A DNA stretch of 64,000 nucleotides, taken from Podarcis cretensis (taxonomy: Eukaryota). The notes below the pieces were generated by a model, which had not been told where the DNA came from, ran no database searches, and saw nothing but the letters and a program-made list of their open reading frames with translations. Where the stretch lies: assembly GCA_951804945.1 (NCBI GenBank), contig OX638149.1:103478001-103542000 (forward strand), in the 5' to 3' direction. A program made the translations under genes and the position numbers. Below are positions 46,387 through 59,317 of the stretch, one piece after another; position 1 is the stretch's first letter, and each line of letters starts with the position of its first letter.

Positions 46387-49289
46387 TATATGTGCATTCA
46401 TATTTTTCCTCTGCTGCCCAAATGTGTTACTTAGGAGAAGCACAAGCCAACGGCACTTAAAGCATTCTGTGGCTATATGCCCAGTTTACTTTCTATAAAG
46501 CACCCTCCACCAGTATGCACCTTACAAACGTGTTCTGGACTATACTAGGATGGAAAGCTGCAATGTCTTAGCATGAGTCTAGCTTCAGGAAGAACCACCA
46601 TGAGGAGAGGAATCGAGTGAGTGCCATGCCCACCAGCTCTTGGTGCAAGCAATCCAAGGCCAAAGCAGGTGAGACACTCAGTGAATGACAGTGAGCAGCA
46701 CTGCAGTGCTGCCACCACCAGATCTCCAATGGGATATTTTTCCAAATGGAGCTCTCCTATGGTCTCAGAGAAAGTCTGGCGTACCTGAGAAACATTTCAG
46801 CAGGAAAGCTGCAAATAATTGCAAATACCAGGCTAGTGATCTTCCTTCACGTGGCTGAATTTCACAGCATCCGAATATCTTGCGTGCTTCCTATTTCTTG
46901 AAAGGCAGAGGTGAAAGGAAGGTGAAAGGATGTAGAAATAACTGCATGAAAATGCCATGTCTTCAGCAGAAGAAAGGTCTCGGGTCCTTTTCACATGTGA
47001 CACTAAAAACACCTTTTGACCTCCAGTAGGCCTCTTTTGGATTGCTGATAGTCGTATACTAATGGATGCAGAAGGGAGCTGCTTTTCAACTGAATGCATG
47101 TTTCAAACAAGGTAGTTCTTGCACCAAACCTGTAAATGTGGGCACATGAAAAAACCTTCACCTGTGCAACCATCCTTAAGGCTGAATTCTGATGCACATT
47201 TGCTTGGGAAGAAGCTTCTTCAATTCAGTAGAACTTTCTTTCATGACTAGTCAGCTATGCTTGTGCGCGATGATTTCCTCAGGCTTTAGGTTTGACTCAA
47301 GGCTTAAATTTTCTGGGTGTATGTGTGTGCGTTATGCCTCATATGTGCAAAATTCTAGTACAAGTATGGCGGTCCATTGGCCACTCTTGACTGAGTCCAG
47401 TGGGCTCCAAGGGGCAAAGTCATGGATTTGCTGCAATGGCAATGGAGTTGTCGCCAACCCACCAGTGGGAATGGACATGAGGAGTTAAACTCAGATAGCA
47501 ACTGAGCTTGTTGTTCTGAGAGCTGCTTTAGATTATTCCTTGTTAATTATCAGTAAATATCTATGAGGTTTTTTTTTTTTTTTTTAAAAAAAGTTAGATA
47601 AAGGGAGTACTGCCAGCCCTAAATATCATTGCATCTCAAATGTGCTTCACTCATGTCAGGCTTGCAAAAATTATGCCCCATTGAGAGAAGACATTCCATG
47701 TCTCTTAGATGGCTGTTGAGCTGAAGCTCAATAAATCTGTGTTTTCTGCCTACCTGCAAAAAGCTGATAGGAATGCTGCAACTTTTCAACGGCGCCTGCA
47801 ACATGAGCTTCAGCTGCAGTTATTAGTATGTGGCATCTATCACCATGCTGCAAGCAGCTTCACCTGTTGGTTTCTTTAAATCACTATTTTGTTAAAGGCA
47901 GAAGAGGAGACCTCACTGTTTATGTTCTGCTCAGCTGGCAACCTCGGCTCATTTCTAATGGAGGGTTTAACACAGCATTTCCCCTCATGCAAGGTGGGAC
48001 ACTTGATGTTTGACCCCCCCCCATACTTTTTGGAGGGGGCGCCCCCACATATGCAGGAGAAAAGTCTAGAGAACCCCAGGTTCCCTATTGCTGCCTTACT
48101 GGGACAATGGCAGATGGGTTTCATCTGAACAGTTGGGTGTAAATCAGGCCCAATGCACCTGGGTAGTCGGCTCTGCTGTTGTCTACAGGAGAAACCTGAG
48201 GACCTTGCACCCTGAAGCTGCCTTGCCCCCACTATTCAGAAAGCTCAGACCCAAGCAAACAAAGAGAGAGAGACAGAGAGAAATTAAATGCGGAACCTCT
48301 CTTGCTACTCTATCAGCAAAGGAGGATATTAACGATAATTGAAATTCACCTCCACGAGGGCAATGAATCATCAAAAAATATCTTTAAAAAAAGAAGCTCA
48401 GTGGAAAACAAGGTTGTGCAACCTTAACCAGAGTGTGTCACTGGGCAGTGGAATTTTTAGAAAGGCAGCAGTTTGGGTTCATCACTGTGGTTCGTGATTG
48501 CACACACCTGTTCGAGCCTGGAGGTTTTGCAACAACAAAAAATAAGGAAGCTGAACTTGTTTCTTTCTCCTGCACAGTGCAGAAGAAAGCTGAAAACCAC
48601 AGCTGTTCTAGCTGTTAACAGATAGAAGCAGCCCCTCCTTTCCCAAGAATCCTGCTCTCTCTCTCTCCCCCCCCCCCCAATTACATAATTGAGGATAACG
48701 TTTTCAAAGCATATGGGCCGGAGGTATTATCTCATTAAAACTTTAGGTAGGAAACAATTGAGCATATTCTCACACATTTCTGCTTGGGTCTCTATAACAA
48801 ATGTTTGTAATTAGGGATGCTATAAACAGTTTATTAAATAATAAATGAAGGGGGGGAGAAGCTTGATGAGCTATAGAAGGTAACGGATTTTATGTATGGT
48901 GACATGTGAGCCACGGGATGAGGAGTGAACAATTGCTTCTCATTTTCCTGATATTAACTAGTCACTTTGGGCAGTTTAAGTTAGATGCAGGCCGCACATC
49001 CATTAATGGGCTCATCTTCCAAAAGAAATGAGAGGTTTAAAGTTGGCATTTAAATAAGGAGGAGAAGGGGGAAGAAGATTTACGAGACGGAGTTTTGCCT
49101 CCCTAGCTCTAGTCTCTAATAAAAGCTGCTGTTGACTTGTTAAGGTGTGTAATAAAGTATGATCAGGTGTTGCCAGATTAAGGCTGATACTTCTTAAGCT
49201 CAGCTTGGTCCTGATCCAGCAGCGTGTGGCCCAGCAGAAAATCCAGCAGGTGAATTAACTACTGGCATGGAAATAAAATGAGAAAGTGT

Positions 49290-49523
49290 GGAGCTCTCTC
49301 CTACTGAATCAGACCATTGGTCCACCTGGGCAGTACTGTCTACACTTATTCAGTGGCAAGACAGCGTTTTCAGAAAGGACTCTTTCTCAGCCCTACTTGA
49401 AGATGCCAGGACTTGGACCCGGGGCCTTCTGCAAGCAAGGCAGACACCAAAGCCCCCTTATGGATCCTGCTACTTGTCACCTGCTAGGCAAGCTGCATGC
49501 CATTTGAACTGAGCTAATTCCCC
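49290..49523 (-). mobile_element. degraded tRNA(Ala-like) SINE
   Basis: ACTGAATCAGACCATTGGTCCA...CAGCCCTACTTGAAGATGCCAGG...ACTGAGCTA. Confidence 0.6.
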
Positions 49524-52117
49524 CAGCTAAACGATGGACGAACCTTCACCTGCTGGATCTCGGCTGCTGTTAAAAGGCACAGTTACAAAAGGTGGCAATT
49601 TTGAGGCCAACCCTGACCCTAGCAGGAGTCCCTGGCCTGTAGTCTAATGGGCTGCACAGTCTGTCCAGACCATTTGGTCAGGACTTAATTTCTGACATCT
49701 GGCAGGCCTGCTTTACATAACATTAGTGATGAGTTATGGATGCAGCTATCTTTACTGCAGTTCAGCTTTTTGTACATTTCATGTATGCTCTTGCAACATT
49801 TTGGCTTGGTTATGTTCAGGTTTATGCTTCAGGGTTTATTTTTATTCAGTCATTTTCATTGTTCATTGAGCCTATATCCAGAAGCCAGGGCTAACGATAA
49901 AGAAGGCTGAGCTTTTAAGCATGTGAAAAGTGCATCCAGGGTTAAAGGACAGGCCTTTAAAGCTAGAGGGTATTGCAAGAGGCTACATAAGTCTTTTTAG
50001 AAAGTAGCCATTGTTTTCCCCATAAGGCTACGTAGTTAAAAACATGCCGTGAAGGTAACATAGAATCAAATAGGCCAGACCAATGTGTCAGCAGAAAGTG
50101 TTTCTGTGCATGGACGTAAGTGTGGGTAAGCTTGCTAATTTTCTCCCTAGTCTTCCCACCCAAAAAGCTGCACCAGGAGCAATGGGGCAGGATGGGTGGG
50201 AATAACTCAGTGCATGTGCAAAACGTTATTAATGACCTTTGTGTCCCCGTGACAGGACAGTAAAAACAATGCCCTCTTGCCAGTTCTAGGCTAGATCACT
50301 GTGACTGAATTCACCATTTGGCTATTTATGCTGATTTATACATCTTTATCTGGTACATGTGTGGAGAGTGGTTTGGCTCTCTGTGCCAAAGCTGTTGTGA
50401 GGATTGGGACAATTTACCATGTTTCTTACATTCTTTGGAGCTGCATTGAAAACAACAACAAAAATTACATAGTGAAAAACTGGATTTTTAAAAAAATATA
50501 TTTTGCTGTATCAGTATTGAAAAGTACAATCAGGTGGAATTTACTGCTCTGGTAGTCTAAGACTGTAACTAAATGAAACAATGGAGGCACCATGTCAATC
50601 CATCGAGGTTTGGGTTGGGGAATCCAAAGAGGAACTGTGCCATAACGTCTTTACGAAAAATAGCAGAACAGTGAGCTAGCTTTAAGATCTCACAGAATTC
50701 TTTTTCAGGCTCAGTGCTAAAGAAGATAAATAGGCGAGGTGAGAAAAAGTTGTCAAGAGCTAGATAGAAGTCTCATGTGCAACTTATTATGGTCTCAAGG
50801 TTTCGAGTCAAGAAGCATTTTGCAGGCTAAGCTGATAAATTTGTGCTCAGGTGCAAAAGATCACAGAGTGCACCAAAGCATGCTGGGACAAATAACCAAT
50901 GACCGTTTCCCCCTCTGAAGCAATAAAGCCAACCATTGTTTGAATCTGTCACTGTAACTATTTGTTGAGATCCTCAGGCTGAATCCAGCCCTCATACAAG
51001 CATAATGTTGCATGCCACCCCAATCTCAGAGCATTGCAAGATTCCAGAGGTTCCAGGCATTTATCCAGGTTTGGTGTTTCCTTTTGGGAATGAGGCACAG
51101 CAGAGACTGTGGTGTCTTTATAATATGTGGTTTATTTAAACATAAACGCAACCTGAACTTACAGTTCAAACCCTCAAAGGGTCTTGTTTCTCCCATAGCA
51201 GCAGCTTTGCACTCATACAGAAACCAAACCTCTGGCTTTCCAGTCTGCATCTTTACTTCTAGGTCACATTACACAGCCTTTCAAGCACCCACAACCTCAT
51301 AACAACAATGATGGGTGCTATTTCTGGCAGCCTAACTCAAGCCCCCATTTTTGGACTAGGCTTTTTCAGCCCAAGGGAAACCAAAACCAAACCAAAACTG
51401 AGCACCTGCTGTCAGTGTATGCAGATATTGTCTCTTGTCAGGTTGGGCAGCTGCCTTTAATAGCACTCAAATTGTTCTTGTCAGTTCTAAAAGTATATTG
51501 AGAGCTATAGTAGACATAGGATTTTGCAAGGGAGGGGGAAGGAACAAAATCATTTTTGTCCAGTGCTTACTTATGTGTCTATGACCTGTCATTGTTACCC
51601 TGCAAACTATTTAAATGGGACCTGGTTTCAAACAAAGATGTGTAGGGACTGACTCGGTTTTTGGACTTGGGAGGAATTATTTGCTCTGCATCCTTTCAGG
51701 ATTGCCCTAAGTGCATTTGGTTTGATCCACACAGGCAGAGCATGACTAAGCACCAATCTATGCTGAAGTTGGCGGTCAGGATGAGATCCAGCTGCATACA
51801 CCCAAAGTGTCGTGATATACATTCCATCACCAGTAGTTTTCACTGCAATTACCACCAACAGTAATTAAACAGAAATACCAGATGCATCTCTTCACAGTGT
51901 GGAAGCCTGTGGCTAGCTGACTTGTTTGCCTTTGCTGTCTGCTGTCCAGGAGCTGTAAACTGTGGCCGGGCCACTGCAAGACCTCTTCTGCTCTCCATTT
52001 TTAATGTTTCTTTACTTCTTGGTAAGGCTTAGACCAGACTACTTCTCAGGACTTCTTCCCAAAAAGGAAAAAGGTCTTTGTAAAGTTGGGCGCGTGGCAG
52101 TGGTAGCAGCAATAACA

Positions 52118-52258
52118 AGTCAGTAGAGTGCAAGACCCTTAATCCCAGAGTTGTGGGTTCAAGCCCCATGTTGGATGAAAGATTCCTGCATTTCAGAGGC
52201 TTGGACTGGATGACCCCTGCAGTCCCAACTCTACAATTCTATAATTTCTATGATTTCT
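52118..52258 (+). mobile_element. tRNA-Lys/CR1-tail SINE, 5'-truncated copy 3
   Basis: AGTCAGTAGAG...GTGGGTTCAAGCCCCATGTTGG...GATTCCTGCATT...CTCTACAATTCTAT; no leader. Confidence 0.7.
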
Positions 52259-53116
52259 TTCAGCCTCCACATACATAGCTCTACAACTATATGACATACA
52301 CTATATTCTCTACAAATCTGCAGAGTGGCTTTTAAAGATTTAGACTGCAGTTCTATGTATCCTGGTAGTAAGCCCCATTGAACACGACAAAACGTACTTG
52401 TGAACAGATGCTATACAATTGAGTTTTTAAAGCTAAAAGCTATTTGAACAGACTACCTTAAGCACCACATTGTGAAGTTCATTTTATCCTTGATTCCTGG
52501 AATTGGTGTTGTCTTTTATGAATGAGGAAATGACAGTTGCTGTCACAGCATTCCCCAGGCCCTGGGCTATGACTTCATTTGGGTGTTCCCTACCAGCCGA
52601 AGGTGGTCATCACATATTATTTTAGAATGATGAACACTGCCAATCATGAGAGGGGCAAGCCTTCAAGCTGTATGGTTGCAGAGCAAATGCTGTGTAACTG
52701 ATTTAGATGTTTCTCTAATCTACAAGTCACAAACCTTTTTGGGTCAGTGAGCACATTTGGAATTCTGAGTAAGTTCCGTGAGTGCCAGTCACAAAATGGC
52801 TGCTGTGGGGTGTGGTGTAAATGGCTTTTATAACTCAAAGAGCAGAAGAGAGAGGCAGAACCACATAATGATGCGGGCAGTAGTTTAGCCACTCCTGAAA
52901 AAAAAAAAAAAACCCTGCTCCACAACAACTTGTGGCAGGGCTTTTCAGTGCAGTTCCCTCTGCTTTGTGGAACAGAAATCCTCTTACTATTCAACAGGCA
53001 CACACCATTTGTAGTTTTCAGTGAGCTTTCCCAACAGGATGGAAGATTTTTTAGATTTCTGCCTTGGTAGGGTTCTCCATATTGTTTTTCTATTTTAATG
53101 TTTAGCTGCTTTATTA

Positions 53117-53334
53117 CAGTGGTACCTCGGGTTACAGACGCTTCAGGTTACAGACTCCGCCCAACCCAGAAATAGTACCTCGGGTTAAGAACTTTGCTTC
53201 AGGATGAGAACAGAAATTGTGCAGCGGCGCGGCAGCAGCGGGAAGCCCCATTAGCTAAAGTGGTGTCTCAGGTTAAGAACAGTTTCAGGTTAAGAAACTG
53301 GAACAAATTAAGTTCTTAACCCAAGGTACCACTG
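53117..53334. mobile_element. Tc1/mariner-superfamily MITE, copy 3
   Basis: TA|CAGTGGTACCTCGGG...GGTACCACTG|TA. Confidence 0.9.
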
Positions 53335-54172
53335 TATATGGTTGTAAATCCTTGAAATTTATGTGGAAGGCAATTAATAAAGTCATCATCAGGTGGTGTG
53401 TTTCCTATTCTTTCTTAGTATTTTCTTCTACCTCTACACATACTCATGCCCCTACTTGCTGGAGGCCCAAATCAGAGATGGGGAAGCTGTGGCCCTGTAC
53501 ATGTTGCTGGACCACAACAATCCATTATAGGCTGGGAATGTCAGGAGTTAGGAGCCCAGCAACAGCTAGAGAGCTGCAAGTGCTCCATCCGTTTCCTAAA
53601 TGAATGTATGGGTGGCATTGGCAACACAATAATAGGCCCCTTCCCAGCCAATACATGTTCATTATAATGGGCATACAGAGGCCTTGCACAATTAACTGTA
53701 CTGTATTTGCAAAGAGCTCTCTCTGTGTAACTGGGAATCCGGCCTTGACCACTGGTCAGCTGCGAGGGTCTGATGCATACATGGATGTGTTGTCCATTCA
53801 TTTTATCTGAGGAGCTTCTCTGTGCATCTGTGGAAATGAATGGAAAAATATGCAAATTTGTACATGGGCTTTGAGATTTGTGGTGCTAGCATTTTGAACA
53901 TGCTATTGGACACAACTATTTCTCTCTCTCACACACAGAGAGAAACACACATACAGGTCTTAATGCTAAGCAGAGATGAATACTGGTCTTGTGAACTGCC
54001 TTCATATGCATGTCTCCTAAGAGCAGGAAGTCCTGTAGAGTTCAGTGGGAATTATTCCCAGTGAAGCATGTATGAGATTGCAGCCTTAATCTGCAGAGGA
54101 AGCATTTCAGTGATCTGCACTTGGCACCCTCTAACATGCACTCTCTCACTGCCGAGGACTTAGTCCTTCCTT

Positions 54173-54465
54173 TTTTTTTTTAAATAATATTTATTAAAGT
54201 TTCAATAAGAAAAAGGTTACAAAAATAATAAAAAGAAAAAACAAGAAATACAAATTACAGAAAAAATAAAAACAGTTAAAAAATAAATCCCTCTTTCTAT
54301 ATCTTACAATTCATTTACTTATTTTCATGACTTCCTCACACCTCCCTTTTTTGTATTCCAGTTCAAATAGTTAATTCAGCAAATCCTTACCCTCTTTGTT
54401 TTATCTTAGTTATTTATCTTCACATATTATAACTTTATATTTTCATCTAATATCAATCCATTTTT
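54173..54465 (-). mobile_element. short retroposed insertion, probably an L1 3'UTR
   Basis: Perfect 15-bp TSD ACTTAGTCCTTCCTT (54158-54172 and 54466-54480); T-run at the left end; minus-strand AATAAA at 54195-54190; composition like the 3'UTR at 27552-27910. Confidence 0.8.
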
Positions 54466-54770
54466 ACTTAGTCCTTCCTTGCCACTGGCTCTTTGGATTG
54501 TGCTTGCCATAAATCCTAGTACAAAAGCAAAGTTTCGCTCCTGTACTTGCTTAGCAACCAAACATTATTTCAGTTCTCTCTCTCCCCCCCCCCACTCCCT
54601 CCTTTGGTTCTGATGTGCAACTCAGAAGCATAACTGCCTATTTCTTTCTGTAATGTTAAAAGCACAACGGCTAATAAAAATAAAGGCAGGAGCAATTACA
54701 CGTTAAGCAACGTGATGGGGAGTTTTGCTGATGTTGAAAGATTGGGCCTGATTAATTTAAAAGCATGGCG

Positions 54771-54773
<3 letters not shown>

Positions 54774-54805
<32 letters not shown>
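54774..54805. repeat. (TG)n microsatellite
   Basis: Perfect run. Confidence 0.95.
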
Positions 54806-54808
<3 letters not shown>

Positions 54809-55259
54809 TATTAGGCAATTCTCTAAGCAATTGGCAATGTGAGAAAAAATGCATAGCATCTATTGAGGTGGGAGACATGCTGGATCTCCCCCCACCCTTC
54901 CCTTCCAGGGCAGGTAAGCTAGATTAATAACAGAACACTCATAAGAAGGTTTCAAATCTTACTGTCAGAGGGTAATAATTAATGATCAAATGTTAATGGA
55001 GATGCTGGGCTGTTGATGCCATTAATTCAGCTCAGTGGAGCCAGTCCTGCCCAGGACCTGCCACAGCTGTCACTGCATTTGCTTAATTATTCCAGTGCCT
55101 CCAGGCTCCCCCCCCCCACCGCCATTTCCCTTTTTCCTACTAACTCCAGGACAGTATGTTTTCAGTGAAGCAGAATTATGCAGAATGCCCTGCTTGCTGG
55201 GTAGTGTCAGGACAGCTCGAGGTGAAAACCCAAAGGCAGTACAGAGGCAAATACCAAGT

Positions 55260-55262
<3 letters not shown>

Positions 55263-55337
<75 letters not shown>
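55263..55337. repeat. compound (TC)n(CA)n microsatellite
   Basis: Adjacent perfect runs. Confidence 0.95.
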
Positions 55338-55341
<4 letters not shown>

Positions 55342-56330
55342 TTCTGGGTGAAGTAATGAGTCAAATGATACCCGTAATAACAACCCCACCCCAACCTCTG
55401 GTTTTCAACTGGTTGACATTTCTTTTTAAGTTGAATCATCACTTTCAAAGGCCGGTGGCTAATTGCCAGAAATTCAAATAAATGCATATTTCCCCAAAAG
55501 TCAATATAGGAGCCTGTTTGAGATACCAAATGATGCATGAGGTAGCACCTTACTTAACTGAACAAAAGCTGTCACACTTCTTAATGCTCAGGGCCACCTT
55601 TCATATTTTCTTTCTTGCCCTTACGTCCAGTAACACACCAGCACCAAAATAGTGCCCAAAGGGAAATGACTCTTGCATTTGACTTTCAAGCCCATGGAGG
55701 AATCAAGCTTGGCTTGATTAAATGCGTAATTGAACCAATTACAAGTTTGCAGCTCTACTTCCCTGAAAGAGTCAATAGGCCTCAGAACTATTTTCAGTTA
55801 TGGTGGCTGCTTTTTATAGAGCGTATTTGTTGTGCCAGGGCAACAAAGGACTTTAATCCACTTTAATTCTGCAAACCTAAAGTCTTGGAAGGTGCCAGAA
55901 TCCCTCCTGCAAAATAGTGACAAGCCTGGAGGCACCCAAATATCAAAGGTGCAGAAGGCTTGTACTCTTTTGCATCTGGTCACTCTAGTTTCAATTTATG
56001 CTTATTTCCAGAGTTGGCATCAGAGGTGGGCATTTTGGGAGCAACTGAGGAGGTCCAAATGCCACTGGAGGCCCACTGCAACTCCCTGGAGCTTCCTGGA
56101 CTATCTTCTCTTTGCAGTTGCTGCCTCTTCGGCCTTCCTTCTCTGAGTATGCAAAGAGTCAGAAAACGGAGCAGTACCCTCACTTACCTTGTGCTCTCCC
56201 TTGGGGCAAATTAGGCCCCAAGTGAGTGGTGCCTTAGAGAGAAGAAGAGTACCCATAGAGAGAGGGGGCAGTTGGAGGCCTTCTAAAACCTAGAGGCTTT
56301 CATGCAGAAGGTCCTAGGTTCAGTCTATGG

Positions 56331-56562
56331 CATGGGTAGGCAAACTAAGGCCCAATTGCCTTCTAAATCTGGTCCGCGGATGGTCGAGGAATCAGCGTGT
56401 TTTTACATGAGTAGAATGTGTCCTTTTATTTAAACTGCATCTCTGGATTATTTGTGGGGCATAGGGATTTGTTCATCCCCCTGACAAAAAAATAATCCAG
56501 ACCCCCACAAAGTCTGAGGGACAGTGGACCGGCCCCCTACTGAAAAAGTTTGCTGGCCCCTG
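56331..56562. mobile_element. hAT MITE, copy 2, nested in a tRNA(Ala-like) SINE (~56297-56675)
   Basis: Same TIRs as 35967; 8-bp TSD GTCTATGG/GTCTAGGG; flanks join to CATGCAGAAGGTCCTAGGTTCAGTCT...GGCATCTTCAGGTAGGGCTGGGAA. Confidence 0.85.
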
Positions 56563-58195
56563 GTCTAGGGCATCTTCAGGTAGGGCTGGGAATGTTCCCT
56601 GTCTGAAAAACCTGGAGAGCCTCTGCTAGATAGACAAATGGGTCAAACTCTGTGAAAGGGATTTTCCTAGGTTCCTTTAAGCTGCTCCCACTTTGCCTTT
56701 AATTTCGACTTTGGAAGCGGACTGTGCATATTCAAAGTCCAAGATGTATTGATGTCTACGTTGCGCTTTGACTCATTTTCCAAGCTGAAGTGCTTGGAAA
56801 AATGCGAGGCATGACAACAATTTCAATTGCTCTCTTTAACGCTGCACATGGTGATTTAAAATAATTGAAGCTCTTCAAAATTTTATATGCCCTTGGATTT
56901 GGAAGCATTTGTGGCTCAGAGCATGTGCAGCATATATACAATGATTTAAAATTATTGGAGACTTTCATATTTATCAAAAGTGTTTCAGTTTGAAAGTGAT
57001 AGGGAATCTGGAGTTTGGCAATGCAAAGTGATTTAAAATTATCAGAGCATTACATATGTTTTACAGGTGGGGCTGATCTCAGCTTTGGACTGCAGAAATG
57101 AATAGCATATTACTGTGTTCTTTAAAAAAGAATTCATAGAAACAGTGCCATATTTTTCTAAACTTAGATTTTCTTGAAAAGCCAAACATCTTCCATCATT
57201 TTAAAAGCCATTAGCCAGACATGGTGCTGTTTTAATAGAAAGATTTTACACTTTGAAGTGATACTGGAAACGGCTACAGTGCGGTTGTAATACGCCTCAG
57301 TGTCTTTAAGGAGCAAACATCCATGTGCCTGCTCTTAAACATGCACTGTTATGATAGATATATATTTGGTATATACTTTATGTGCAAGCAGGCCTTACGT
57401 AAGTCTGCTGCTCTGCCCGTTCACCTCATCCCAGGCTCTCATTAGGTCCAGCAATTGTACTCTGCAGGTCCAATCCCCAAAAGTACAAATTAGGTAATAG
57501 CATGTGCAAATGGGTATTAAGGCATGTAATTGCCCAATTTGTGTGTGCCAAATGTCCATCTGCTGGCACTGATTTTATAAGGCTGATGGTGGCTCCTTTC
57601 TGAAAATTCTCCCTAAGTGCTATAAGTTGATTTAAACTCCCAGGGAATCCTTTTAAAACAAGCACTGCTGTTTCACATACCAAAGCAGTTGGGTCGCAGT
57701 CAACTAACTTTTATTCAGAGGAGACCATGAATAAAAGTGGGCCTGAGTTACTCATGGCCGTTAATTTCAGTGTGTCCACTCTGAGTGAAAGTTCGTCGAA
57801 CGCAACCCGGTATAGTTTACATAAATGAACACTAATCTCTGCCTCATTTTTGCAAATCCTGTTGAATTCAATGATACTATTTTATGTAAGAGTTTTCAGG
57901 ATTTGACCATTATTTCCTGCATGCGCCCCCTACTCCCACCCCTGCTTTTTCTCAGGGAGTATTTCCAAATAAAACCTGATATTTTGTAGATGCTCAACAA
58001 ATAGCCTGCCAGAATTTTGTACTCTAGTGAGGTGATGCCTTATAATACTCTTTATCACTGCCTCAGATATAATTGGTGTATGCAACAAGGACCCCTATAT
58101 AACCAGGCATCCCAATTACAAATAGTCCCTACATGAAAGAAGTGGTTGCACATTGGCCTTCCTATACAGACGACTGTCCACAAGCTGTTGTTAAC

Positions 58196-58256
58196 AGGGG
58201 TTTGGACTAGATGATTCCCAGGGTCTCTTCCAACTCTACAATTCTATGATTCTAAG
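58196..58256 (+). mobile_element. isolated CR1-type 3' tail
   Basis: TTGGACTAGATGA...CTTCCAACTCTACAATTCTATGATTCTA. Confidence 0.7.
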
Positions 58257-58972
58257 AAGATGTGGCACTGAGGCTAGGGCAAAAAGTGCAGCCTCACTTC
58301 AGCAATGCATTCATAGGACTATTTTCTGCTTGCATTTTGGGGCGAACGTTTGTGTTCCTTTTCGGCCAGGACTTACATATTTTGAAGGAAGCCTTCTTTC
58401 CTATCATGGTTCCATGACCCTGCTTGTTAACCATGCTGCATCTTCTTTGACTTGTTGGTGTTTTTTCTGATCTGTGATATACATTCTATCTGAGCCTCTA
58501 CTGTTGTGGTTTTGAACAATCCCCCAAACATTCTGGAGAGATCGGATCTTTCTGAATTTCCTTTTCAACTTCCTTTTAAAAAACAACAACAAAAAAACCC
58601 AAACAAACTAGTATGCTTAATATGCTGACATTTGCCTTCACAACAATTTGTTGAGAGGGGACATTGATTTGTCAGCAATCAAAGCCTATTATTTTGTTGC
58701 TGCGAAGTTGAAATCCTTTTGCCGGCTAATGTATATATTGCTATTGTGAGGGTGGTGAGGAATGTGGTTGTGCAGGTAGCTGTTGTCAGTACAAGTGGTC
58801 AATGTGGGGGGAAAATGTGTGGGAGAATTGCTGGGACTCCCTGTGCTCTCCAGACATTGATCATGACTTCTGTACAAGGGGCTGTGCACATACAACTCTG
58901 AATCATTCAAAAGTGTTGCATGTTTCTTGTGCTTTTAGAGTCTACAGTGCACTAGAATGTATCCTACAGTCT

Positions 58973-59317
58973 GGGGACATGTGTTTGCTGACAGGAAGGT
59001 TGGTGGTTTGAATCCCCGCGATGGGGTGAGCTCCTGTTGCTCTCTCCCAGCTCCTGCCAACCTAGCAGTTCAAAAGCATGCCAGTGCAAGTAGATAAATA
59101 GGTGCCCCTGCGGTGGGAAGGTAAACAGCATTTCTGTGCACTCTGGCACTTGTCACAGTCCTCTGTGCATTTAGTCCTGCTGGCCACATGACCTGGAAAG
59201 CTGTTTGTGGACAAACACCGTCTCCCTCGGCCTGAAAGTGAGATGAGCGCCACAACCCCATCCAGTCGCCTTTGACTGGACTTAACCGTCCAGGGGTCCT
59301 TTACCTTTCACCTTTAC
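58973..59317 (+). mobile_element. Sauria SINE with A-box region deleted
   Basis: 10-bp TSD CCTACAGTCT (58963-58972 and 59318-59327); B-box-like GGTTTGAATCC and (ACCTTT)n tail present. Confidence 0.85.

Noticed and set aside
56188-56232. Minus-strand 45-nt open exon candidate (AAG|GTAAGT donor, APLTWGLICPKGEHK)
   Set aside because: AAG acceptor is weak, the peptide is unrecognised and the flanks show no sign of constraint.
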